Below, piece by piece: positions 15,332-27,300 of a stretch of 64,000 bases of DNA; the stretch's first letter is position 1, and every line of letters starts with the position of its first letter. The stretch comes from Tubiluchus corallicola (lineage: Eukaryota > Animalia > Priapulida). The position numbers and the translations under genes were made by a program. Below the pieces are notes generated by a model. That model was not told where the DNA came from, did no database searches, and saw only the letters and a program-made list of their open reading frames with translations. The stretch covers positions 168,422 to 232,421 of the forward strand of contig JAQGDQ010002376.1 in NCBI GenBank assembly GCA_030141605.1, written 5' to 3'.

Positions 15332-18300
15332 CCTCTTCCTCTCCCTCTTCCTCTCCCTCTCTCTCCATACCACAAAATGTGAAATTTGTGGTATACAAAT
15401 TGAAACGTATTTTTGCATTAAACCACCATTTCAAACATCTCTGTAAACGAAACCTGGTTTAAGTGATGACTGTTCGATTGACCATGTCGTATTTGCTCAG
15501 TTGGTCAATTCTAAGCCAGCTTATGTGCAGCAATTTCTCCTTTGGTAGGCTATACGGGAGTTTTGAACTAACTGTTAAATGTTGTACATGTTGTTCACAT
15601 TTTGTGCTGAGGTCCAATGCAGTGAGATTCATTTGATGCCTTTATTATCAAAGTTTGTCCTTCTCAGCTTACATGCGTCTTTTGTAATAATTATCATGTG
15701 ATGAACAGAGACAGCATTCTATCTTTTCTTATCAATTCTTCACTGTTTGTGATTAGGTATCAGTTATGCAGAAAGAGCTGACTGACCTGCATCCACAGCT
15801 GATTCAAACTTCTGTTGAAACCGAAGAACTGATGGTTGTAATCGAACGAGATACTAAAGTGGTGGAAGCGCAGAAAGAGGTGAGCATTAATAGCATACAA
15901 AATATTTTGTGCAAGATTTATTAAAACAAACAGATAACTTAACTATATTGTGCAACTTAAGGACAGCTAGTATCCTAATCATTTTGAGTCAATTATGCAG
16001 AGTTACTTGAGTCAATTGCCGACAATTTTTACGAACGTTTAAATAGGAATGGCCTGTATCAGATGTTTTTCTGTCAATTTGGTGACTGATTCTATTAACC
16101 ATGAGGCTCATAAAGGGTGCCTACTGTATTACATGTAGTTATTTATAAATGAGTTTATGAATCCTCAAATGTCTTGTGAAATTGGGTTCTGAGATCTTTT
16201 TCTAATGGTGTTTTCTCATGATAGTTTCTCATAGTGGAACAATAAACAAATAAATACTGGCTCTGGCCAGTTTGTATTGCAATTAACTGGATAATCTTGA
16301 TTTTATCTTCTCTGTTTCTATTGAGGTCGTTGCAGCAGATGAAGCTGTTGCCAACGAGGCTGCTGCAGCTTCCACAGCCATTAAAGATGAATGTGAAAGT
16401 GATTTGCAGGAAGCCATACCAGCACTAGAAAGTGCACTCACTGCTTTGGAGACACTGACACCTGCCGATATCACTATAGTGAAGTCAATGAAGGTAATAC
16501 AAACACTTTATCACAATTGTGTTGACACTTTTATCAGGTTTGTGTTGAAATGATGAAGACAATAGCAGAGTACTCACACCTTGATACTACTGGCTACAAA
16601 GTTAAGTACTGGCAGACTCGATTACAAATGCATAAGTAACTGCCAGGAACACTGCTTCTCATTGGTTTCATTTATCTTACAGCTATCTCTGTCATTGAAA
16701 GTGGATATTTATGTATTCAAACCTGATCGACTTCTTTGTACAGGTTTAGTGTTTTATTTTAAAGATTATTCTTGACAGTAAGCCAGCTGCATGTCTGAAA
16801 CAACCATTTGACATTTGTAGCTGGTCCTGCCATTAAGTGCTAGTCCTTGTAGTTTGTCAAAACATACAAAAAATATAAAAAAAATTATGGTGGACCTGTA
16901 AGCTATTTCCATTTCCTGCACCTAAATAAATGTGGTGCACAGTTTTCAAAAGACATTTAACATTGTTCATTTTTATGTAATTACCACAGAATTCACAGTG
17001 TTATTTTTAAATTTCATAAGTATGTAAATTGGTTGTGGCTGAGTAGAGTCACACTGTTAAATGAAAATTTGTTAGTATTTGCATGCATATACATTAGTGT
17101 TTGCGTACAAAAGTATATCATCATTTTAATTTCTGATTATTTACAGAATCCACCACCTGTGGTAAAGCTTGTTTTGGAGGCTGTGTGCGTTTTAAAGGGC
17201 ATTAAGCCTGAACGAAAACCTGATCCGTCTGGCTTCGGTGGCATGATTGACGATTACTGGGCGGTATCTTTAAAACTTCTTAGCGACATCAAGTTCTTGG
17301 ATGGTCTGAAAAACTTTGATAAGGACAATATCCCTCCTGTTATTATGAAGAAAATTAAAGAGAAGTAAAAGAAATGTGTTTTTTGGTGTTTTCAAATTTT
17401 GTAATATGTCCAATTTACAACATTTTTATGCCTTACACGCCATTTGCTTGATAGTGATTCGATGGTTCGAAGGGCTACTTGAGTCTTCAAGCTTTTGGGG
17501 AAGGAGTTTATACATTTCCCCACCCAATTTAAATACCTCAACCCTAACCCTAACCGTAATCCAAACTCTAACCCAAACCCTAATCCTAATTTGCTTCACG
17601 AATGAATTTCTTGTGCATGGGGAATCGTAAACTTTAGCCTCTTTTAGATCATAAGTAAGACCGGAAGTAGTGATGACATTATCTGTGGTGCAGACCCACC
17701 TGCTGTGCAAATTTGGCTGGAATCAAGTCAGTGGTTTCTGGGGAATGACAGAAGAACAGACAGAAATTCCAATCTTTGGTTCAGATGTCTTTTAGATAGT
17801 TATCCAAGAACCCAGAGTACCGAGTTTCGTATTCACTACTTCAGCACTTTTCTAGGAGATAGATTTTGGAGTCACAAAAGTACCTATTATACTAGTTTTC
17901 CAACCATTTGCTAATGAACCGTCATTTTCATGGCAACAATCACGATCAATCAAGCTGAGTCATCGAATCAATACAAGTGCCCAGTTTTTAATACATTAGA
18001 TCGGGATTTTAGATTGTATTTCATTAACAGCAGATTTCATTAACAGCTGACTAGTTATTGTTTGACGTCAGTTTCTCTTTACTCCACGCATACTAATTAT
18101 TGAGCATTGCATCGCTAATAAATTTAGTTTAACTTAGGTATATAGCCAATCCAGAGTTTGACCCTAATTTAATTAAGAACGCATCAACAGCATGCGAAGG
18201 GATATCTCGCTGGGTGCTTGCTATGGAAGTGTACGATCGTGTCATCAAAGTTGTGGCTCCAAAACAAGCAAAGCTAAAAGTTGCTGAAGCTGAATTAGCT

Positions 18301-21300
18301 GTGCAAATGGAAAAGCTGAACGAAAAGCAAGCTCAGCTGAAGGAGGTTTGGATCTTCCTTTTTTTTACTTTGATAACTTTGAATAAAAACCTGTCTAATT
18401 GATTTGTGATTGGGAAATAAATTCTTAAAATAAAAATAATAGCCATGTACCCCAGACACAAACATTTCCTACATTTTGACCAGTTAATTATGGTCATGTT
18501 CATGCGACAATCCACCTAAATAAAAATACAGTACATAAGAATTACAAAAACGAGCATTGTGAGAAACAAGCAAGGTAAATACCAAAGTGTAAACTTAAAT
18601 GTCTTGTGATATAAAGACAAATGATAGAAGTAATAAAGTAATGTTATTCCAACACAATTACTAATGCCTGAGGGTGATGATAAGAGAAACCTTTGCACCA
18701 AACGTGAACAGTACTGTAAGCAAGCAGCTACAGGGACCAATTCAAAATAATTCCAGGGGCAGAGAAGAAAGTTGATCATTAAGTTCTGACAAAAGTTTTT
18801 TTTATCAAGAAGAGTTTCAAAAGTGTAAATCAAAGGCACTGCTGGCAGAATATAAAATTTTGAAATTATCGAGTCTAATGAGTGTGAACAATGATCACGG
18901 ATCGATGAGTGTGGCATATTAATTGACACAGGAGGAAAAAAGTTGCTAGTGTGTTAAATAAACATCTATTCTAAAGTCTCAAAAGTAAGGCACACTCAGG
19001 CATAGTATACAGTGAACCAAAACTGATGAGTTAAACACAAGAAAAACGCACATAAATAAAGCTTAAGAAAGTTGCATTGAAATTTTATATCACCTACGTG
19101 CTATCTTTGCATACATGCGTTAACAGTAACGCTGTATAAAATTTGTATAAGCAAAAGTATAAAATACTTTATATTGTCAATTTCAATAAGATCCACTTAA
19201 CTATTGGATAATATGTGCCAAAATAGCCACTAAATAACATGTTTTTTGGTGAATCTGTGGTTGAAACTGGGATGGCGATGCAGTACTGTTTCACCAGGTG
19301 GTGCAAAATTGCAAATTATTATCAATTTTTTTCTATTTTAATAAGTCTCAAACATGTAAATTAATGCTAAGTAATATAACCTTGTATGAAAAGTTTTTTG
19401 GGATATACTTGAAAATTCTCTTTTCTTCCTCTTTAGTAGAATAAAGAAAGAAAGAATGGACAAAGATGTCATCTTAAAGGCATGGCCTTGATAATAAATG
19501 AGGTCTCAGTCCTACTATGATCTTTTGTCTTGTGTAGGACCTGCTGTTGAATGCTGGATCATGAATTGTAAAAATAAAAGAATTGAATTACAGTGTATGA
19601 TATTATTGCTACTGGCTTGGTCTCTATTTATAATAGCATTTAATGTTACATTTTGCTACCTGCTTTTTAACCAAAGTAAGGAGTAAAGACTGCCCCACCA
19701 TTGATATTGCACAAACTCTTTGGCCAACTTTTGGTGTAATAATCTGCAGATTTAAATTAGAAAAATTTGCAAATAAACATAATAAGTTGAGATGTTTTAT
19801 GCTTCGTATATGTAAGCAATCCCTTGAAGTTCATACTATTCTTGTAACTTGTGTATTCAGGTTGTAAATCATTTGCTTCAACTTAACAACAAGTTTCAAG
19901 CCATGAATGATAAAAAGAAAAGTTTAGAGGATAATATAAAACTGTGCTCTGTGAAGCTGGGACGAGCTGAGAAGATTATTGGTAAGAAAGTGTATGCAAT
20001 GGTGCCACTCTGGTACATTTTCTTAAATTATTAAATTTATTTCGAAAGTTATTGCTATTCTTATAGAAAATATTTTGCTGTAAAATGTTACTGTGTGCAT
20101 TTGTTTTTGTGCATGTAACTCCTGCTAATGAACTAAACATCCAATGACTTGAATGTATGTATTTCTTTTATTTGTAACAAATAAAATGATTTTATACTAC
20201 TACTCCGTCGTATTACAGATGAGTTGGGAGGAGAGAAGGAAAGATGGAGAGAAGCAGCTGAAATGTTAGCTGAACGTTATATAACTATCACTGGTGATGT
20301 TCTTGTGTCTGCTGCTGTAATGTGTTATCTTGGACCTTTTACTGTTGATTTTCGACAGGTGGTAACCCGTACTACTGCACATTAAAACCTTTTTTGTATT
20401 TACATTTTTCAAGAAAAAATTAGACGAAGTAGCAACATTAACCAGCAATAATACTTGCCAGCTACCATAAATTTGTGACTGCAAAACACCGGTATTAAAT
20501 TACTGTTTATGTTAAAATTGTGTATTATAGAATCGAGAGACGATAGAACTTGTGTTCCTACGGTTTCAAAGATTTACATGATGAGTCTTGTCAGGATATT
20601 GACAAAAAATATATTCAGGAAATATTGTCACCATGTTGGTACAACATAAGATATTTTTGAACAAAATTGGTGCAACATACCACCAATTTTATTGTCCAAT
20701 ATAAAGCCCATACCAGTAGAATTAATATATAGATATTGGAAACACATTTTTTATACATATTGAAAACTTATTGGTGCAATGTTGTGGCAAATCTACATTT
20801 CCATATGGTATCCATATTTGCAAAAATCTTGTGACAACATTCTTGCAATATTGTTGTGCAGCCTCGGGTACTTGAACCTGTAAGGAAGGTTCGTTAAAGA
20901 GCTAAATTTAATAAGCAACATTAAAACAATTCTTAATTCTGTGTTAATTGTTACTTTCATCTAATTGCACAAAGCCGTCTCTTTATTTACCTGTTATTTG
21001 TATTTGCTATTACAGGAATCAGCTAATCAATGGCATCAGATGTGCAAAAATAGGCACATACCCTGCTCTGATCAGTTTTCATTAAGTAACACACTAGGTA
21101 ATCCGGTGAAGATCATGGCTTGGAAAATAGCTGGATTGCCAGTGGATTCATTTTCTGTGGATAATGGAATCATTTCAACTAACAGCCGCCGCTTTCCACT
21201 TCTAATTGATCCTCAAGGTTACGATTAACAGCTATTTCTATTCTAATGTGTAAAATTAGTTCATAAGAGTTGGCTTTTTAGTGTATTACTTGACATTACC

Positions 21301-24300
21301 ATATAAGAGCCATAAGTATCAAGCATTTAACATACTTTGCTTTTTTGTGGCTTAACGCCACTAGACATTTTGCGCGATACAGGTATAGCTTCTTGCTTTA
21401 GGTATCTCTTAACTGCCATTCATTTATGACACAAGCTAACTATAATAAATGGATAGACTACACAGATAGTGCAATAAGTACTACCTGTAAAGCATTTTGT
21501 CAAAGTTCTATAACCTGGCGACAGTTTGTTGCCACTACTTGCATCTAAAGTTACATTTCATTAAATTTTGCGTTTGTGAATTCTTTGTTAATATGTTGCT
21601 TTAAAATTGTCTTATTCTTGTTTTTTAAACATTTTCATATCCTCTGCATGAATTGCTTTATGCATTTCAAATTTCTTTTCACCAGGTCAAGCAAACAAGT
21701 GGATAAAGAACATGGAAAGAGAAAACAAACTTTCCGTCATTAAGCTCTCTGATCCCAACTACTTGCGAACCTTGGAGAACTGCATTCAGTTTGGGCAGCC
21801 TATTCTCTTAGAAAACGTCGGAGAAGAATTAGATCCGATTCTGGATCCCTTGCTAAAGAAAGAGACTTTTAAACAGAGTGGGGTTGAGGTATCCTGGTTT
21901 TCATAGATTCTTTTCTGATGGATATGTGCATTTGCTCATTTCTGACACGTTATTTGAAAGCTTAAAGGACTTTTTTTCTTACATTAATGCCAGAAAGTTT
22001 AACCACATTGTTGCCAAGGTAGTCGATCCAAAACATTATGTGTAGGAACATTATTTTCGTATTTTTAACATTTCTTATAAATCTATGGATCACTTTTGTA
22101 AACTGGCAAACTTTACTTTCAATTTAAGTATGTCAGTATGCAAGATATTAAATCTATTTACTAGGCTTACCTGTTACAGCATATATGGCTGGGTGAAAAT
22201 TTATTAGAATACTCGGAGGACTTTCGTTTCTACATTACCACTAGGTTACGCAATCCTCACTATCTTCCTGATGTATCCACGAAGGTAATAAATTAATTCA
22301 AAAAAAGGTCGTACGTAGTTAATTATTATAAGTAAATTGTTACAGTTTCGAGGCTATAGTTATAGCTAGAACTATAGAAGACAACAAGTTTTGTTTGATG
22401 TAACTTTGTTTGATCACAATATCGCAGTGAATAATGAAAGCATGGCAAGGTGTTTTTGCAAGTATAAAAGGCGTGAATCTGTTTTTAATCAATCAGTTAA
22501 TTCACAAAGCACATGATGTTTTGTTGAATTTGGGTGCCAAAGTTTATGGTCATGTGACATTTTGTATGACAGGTTACACTAGTCAATTTCATGATCACAC
22601 CTCTGGGATTGGAGGATCAACTATTGGGTATCGTGGTCGCAAAAGAGAAACCAGAGTTAGAGAAAAAGAAGAATGATCTTATCACAAAATCTGCAGAAAA
22701 CAAAAAGCAGCTTAAGGAAATTGAGGATAAAATCTTGGCTGTTTTATTTTCTTCGGAGGTAAGTATATTTTGCAAGCAGGCATGGCTTTACAAGCATACA
22801 GTGGTAAAGCAGTTGGTTGAATTTTTTTAATTTCTGTCAGTTGTATGATTCGGTATTATTTGTTAATTGATAATGAATGATTTCACATTTTGCGATAGGG
22901 CAACATCTTAGAAGACGAAACCGCCGTCCAAGTTTTGTCATCGTCTAAAACGCTAGCGGAAGAAATTTCTGCAAAACAGGTAATATTCTTTCTCTTTCTT
23001 TTTTCACTTTATGTTTTTATGTTTTTTTCAAGTTTATGACAAGCATGTGTATTAATGATATTAGAATTTGGTAGTGATGATGTGCAGTCAAATTACTTTT
23101 TATACGACAGATTACTTTAGTTCAGCTAAACATACATTTACAGTTCTGAGTAATATATGCAGTATAACACTATATACAGTAATAATATACATATGTGGAA
23201 TTTTTAAAAAACAACTCTTTTTTGGCACACCTTGATAGTGCACTACATGGTAGTATCTGGTTATGATGGTGAATTCATTAAATGTGTCATCACTTTGGAT
23301 CAAGTTTTTATTTATTATTATGCTGAGTATTTATCTTTATTTTAGTGTTTTAATTTGACAGTCAGGAGTTTTAAATAATAACAATCATGAATTACTTCAT
23401 ATGCTCTTTACACCTAACATTTATATTGTATTTAGTAAACTACAGAAGGGCCTTAACCAATAACAAGAACTTCAAAGAAAAAGTCCAAACCCGGGCTATA
23501 TTTTTTTTACTTTTTTCGTCACTTATTAAGTAACAAATCATTATTTTCCATATGTGATGTTAAATATACATTTTGAGTTGGTGCATTTAGTTCTGGCAGG
23601 TAACTGGCGAGTTTCATATGGCGAATACATCATTTGGGGGTTTTTGGACACAGTTATATTCCTCTAAGATGTCATTTAAATTTTTTATTATATTTATTAA
23701 TAGCTTATTAGCAACATCCAGTGCTGCGCATTCAAATGTACAATAACTTCACTTGCTGATACCTAGGACTTCCAACCAATGACAAAGTCAGTAAAAACTA
23801 AAGCTTTATTGTCACTTAAAAGCTTTAAATTGATTACTCATTATGTGTTTCATTAAAACTTTACAAGGCCATTTGGAACTATATGCAAAAATCTGCTTTT
23901 TTATTATTTTGCATACCTATACTGAATTTGATAAATTTGACTAATTTACTCTGTAAACATTGCTATGAATTAATGCTACATGCAGCCTAACTTAAATCAT
24001 TTTATGTACTGCGTTTTCTAATATTCTAGCTCATTGCTTCACTGACTGAAAAGGAAATTGACGAAACTCGAAATGGATATAAGCCAGTCGCTGTGTATTC
24101 TTCTATATTATTTTTCTGCATAACTGATCTCGCTCACATTGAACCAATCTACCAGTACTCTCTCACATGGTTTATTGATTTATTTGTAAAGGTATGCATA
24201 CTTCAAATACTTATTGTAAAATTTCTGTGGAGTGAAAGCCTTGCTTTCTAAAATGTAAAAAGTCACCGATCCAGTAATATAGAAAAGTTACTATTTTTTT

Positions 24301-27300
24301 TCAAAATTCATTTGTCAGGAAAATTTCATGTATTTCATATTGCAAATTTTTACAAAATCGAAAGAACATCCCATCCCTTACTATAGGATGATATTTGTAT
24401 TTTTTAGTTTTGATTTACGATATGTTTATGTATATGTGTCAGTTTAACTTATTCTGCTTATGTTTTGTCATATTTATGAAAAAAATCAAAACAATAAGTT
24501 CTTAATTTCAGCAATTATTATTATTATTATTTATTATTATTTGTGTGCCTGCAAACCAAAACTACATTATAAAGCTTCAAAATATAATACCCTAAAATTA
24601 GGTCAAATGTCAATTTTTTGTTTTTCCTAAAAACAAATTCTAAGTATTGTGGACTTTTATAATCTAGCATCAAATTTTCAAAAAAAAATGGAAAATGTTC
24701 AAAAAGCCAAAAATTTGATTTTATAATTATTCTTATTCTTTCTCTGGCTAAAATCTAGCATTGCAATTGTGAAAACTGTATTTTCGAACTCCGATAATAG
24801 CTTATTGTAGCGGTCATTTTGCTTGCGATTTTTTCTGTAGGCAAGCCCCAATATTTGTCGGGAAGAGCCATCTAGTGGATTTAAACATAACTTCAGTGTG
24901 TTCTTGCAAAGTTCGTAACAACCTCACTTTAGTACAATTTATAAGTGTTTTGTCGAAATGTACCAAAAAAACAATGGCAAACTCTAAGATCAATTTTCTC
25001 AAGATCATATTTCTCATTGTGCAGGCTGCACCTCATTTTCGATGTGGATTATCTCAGCTTGTAAATTATTTGCAGAATGTTTCTTAGCTGTAGAGCCTGT
25101 TCTTATTATTGCTGCTGCTACTGTACTGATGGCTTGTTCTGTTATTGTACTGATTTACTTTGTCATGGGCTATAGATTATAGCTAGGCTCATGCATTTTA
25201 GGGCACGTGACATTTGGGCACAGGGACAATTGGGCACGAGACATTTGGGCACCAGCAAAATTTGATATTGTGCCTATTTTTTATTTTTGTTTATTAAACT
25301 TTTAATGATTCACTGTTTTTCTGTCATAATGTTTAATAACACAATCGAAAACCAGTTAGTTGCCTTCTGCACTTTCTCCACCTTCAGTATAATTACCCTA
25401 TGTCTAATTTTTAAAATTATCAAAGCATGTCAGGATCATGAATAGTGAGATTTAGATGTTCATTATTAGCAATGCTTATTTAAATTTGCAAACAGAATAA
25501 ACCAACTTAGCATTTCCAGTTTGTTTCAAGCGAGCTGATGATATCCTAATGTTAATGTACACCTATTCATCGTTGAGCGCTTGGTGTGCTTTAAGTTACA
25601 TTGTTTATACAAACTATACTAGCGGCATATTCGAAATAAAGCAGGTCAATCAATAAGAAAAAATGGTTAATACATAATTATCACTTTCACGATTAAGCTT
25701 CTTCATGGCGCAGGTCTTGTGAAATGTTCAACAGCAGAGTTTTTTATACATGGTGAGTGTTTTAGTTATTCTAGTGTCAATTACAGAATCGTATTTTGGA
25801 AAATAGTTATTTATTTGTTTACAAAAACTTTAGGTAAATTTAAAAAATTAGCATACAAAGAGGCTTCACCTAAAAGGCCAACTGTAGGCATCACGTTTTC
25901 CAGCGCGACACACAAATTGTTTTCTTCAAGTCGGCGTGCATTGATTCTGGTGCCCAAATGGCTGTACCCAATTTTCCCACGGCCAAGCGGCCGCACAAAA
26001 ATTACTCGATGCCTGTATTTTATAGTCAGTCCACTATTAGCCGATAATACTGTTGCCAATTCATTACCAGGTAAAACAAACCCTTGAGAGATCTGTTACA
26101 GGCTATTGCATGTCCATTAATTTTCGAATTTGATAAATTTCGAATTGATAGCCATTAACATTTGATTCACACCTAAATAATGTTACATAGACAAAAGGCT
26201 AACCACGGCAAGACCACTAGCTTTACATTTTTATAAGGAAACCAGCTGGATGTGAAATTAATCATCATAAATCTGTTTTGCCAGTACATTTTATGCTCTT
26301 GATCAGGTTGTTAAATCTGCTTCAAAAGTAATAGGAACTGAACAGCAACCTATAACACAGGGTTGCAAAGAGAGCGCAAGTTATCATTACATGATGAATA
26401 TCATCCTGGTAATAAATTTTTTGAAATTTTATGACAATAAATTGCTTACTTACTTACATTCCAGTCAATAATTGACAGCAACAAATCGGAACACTTGGAA
26501 GAACGACTAAGGAACCTGAACATGCACTTCACTAACAGTATCTACCGCAATGTTTGCCGATCTCTGTTTGAAAAAGACAAATTATTGTTTTCGTTTCTTC
26601 TTTGCATTGGCATAATGAAAGGAGAGTAAGTAGAATATCAATTCTTTTATAGTTAAAAACAAAACACTACTTTATTAAAACTTTTACATTAAAAAGTTAA
26701 AATTATGCAAAACATTTTGACAGGCTGCTGCTGTCATCATCAGTGGTAAATTTACAAACGTACAACCAGTTTATATAGGCAGAGCCTATTGTGCACTAAT
26801 TAAGTAGTTAAAAGAAGCCAAATAGGTAATGAATAGGTAATAAATTCTTTTAATGTGATTTGTATGACATGTCAGCTAGTGCATTTTGGCATGGATTTAG
26901 AAACAAAAGAAAAAGTGGTTTATCGTTAAAAAAGCAATACAACAGCTACTGTTGAAAAGTAGCATTCTTTCACCTGGAAAATACTTTAGTTATGTTCAGG
27001 GGCGTTGTGCACCAAAAAAAATTGGGGGGGGGGGGGGGCGACTGTATATAATGGCGGAACTTAAATGTTTAAAAAACGTATAATTTTGAATTCCCACACA
27101 GTATTTTGCGTGCAAGAAAAACGATTTATTAATTCCCAACTGGCATTTAACTTAAAGCTATAGCAACGGAAACTTAATTAAAATTAAAAATTTAATTAAA
27201 ATTTAATTAAGTATTTATTAGCTGTCAGGAATCCAAAGATTTGGCGAAAAGATCTAGTAGGAGAAAAATGATGAAATGTGCTCAAAATCACGCCCTTTTA

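Noticed and set aside
15033-15462. Five overlapping ORFs with SLSL or ERER repeats
   Set aside because: Translation artefacts of the (CT)n microsatellite in a dynein intron.
16283-16474. Minus-strand ORFs over exons (also 29081-29335, 40438-40683, 49786-50001, 57795-58049)
   Set aside because: Antisense shadows of + strand coding exons, with no independent motifs.
17540-17589. True telomere or chromosome-fusion site
   Set aside because: The tract is short, degenerate, single-orientation and intronic.
19015-19055. CTGATGA cores suggesting hammerhead ribozymes (also ~30989, ~25536, ~9080)
   Set aside because: No stem II followed by GAAA and no flanking stems could be formed.
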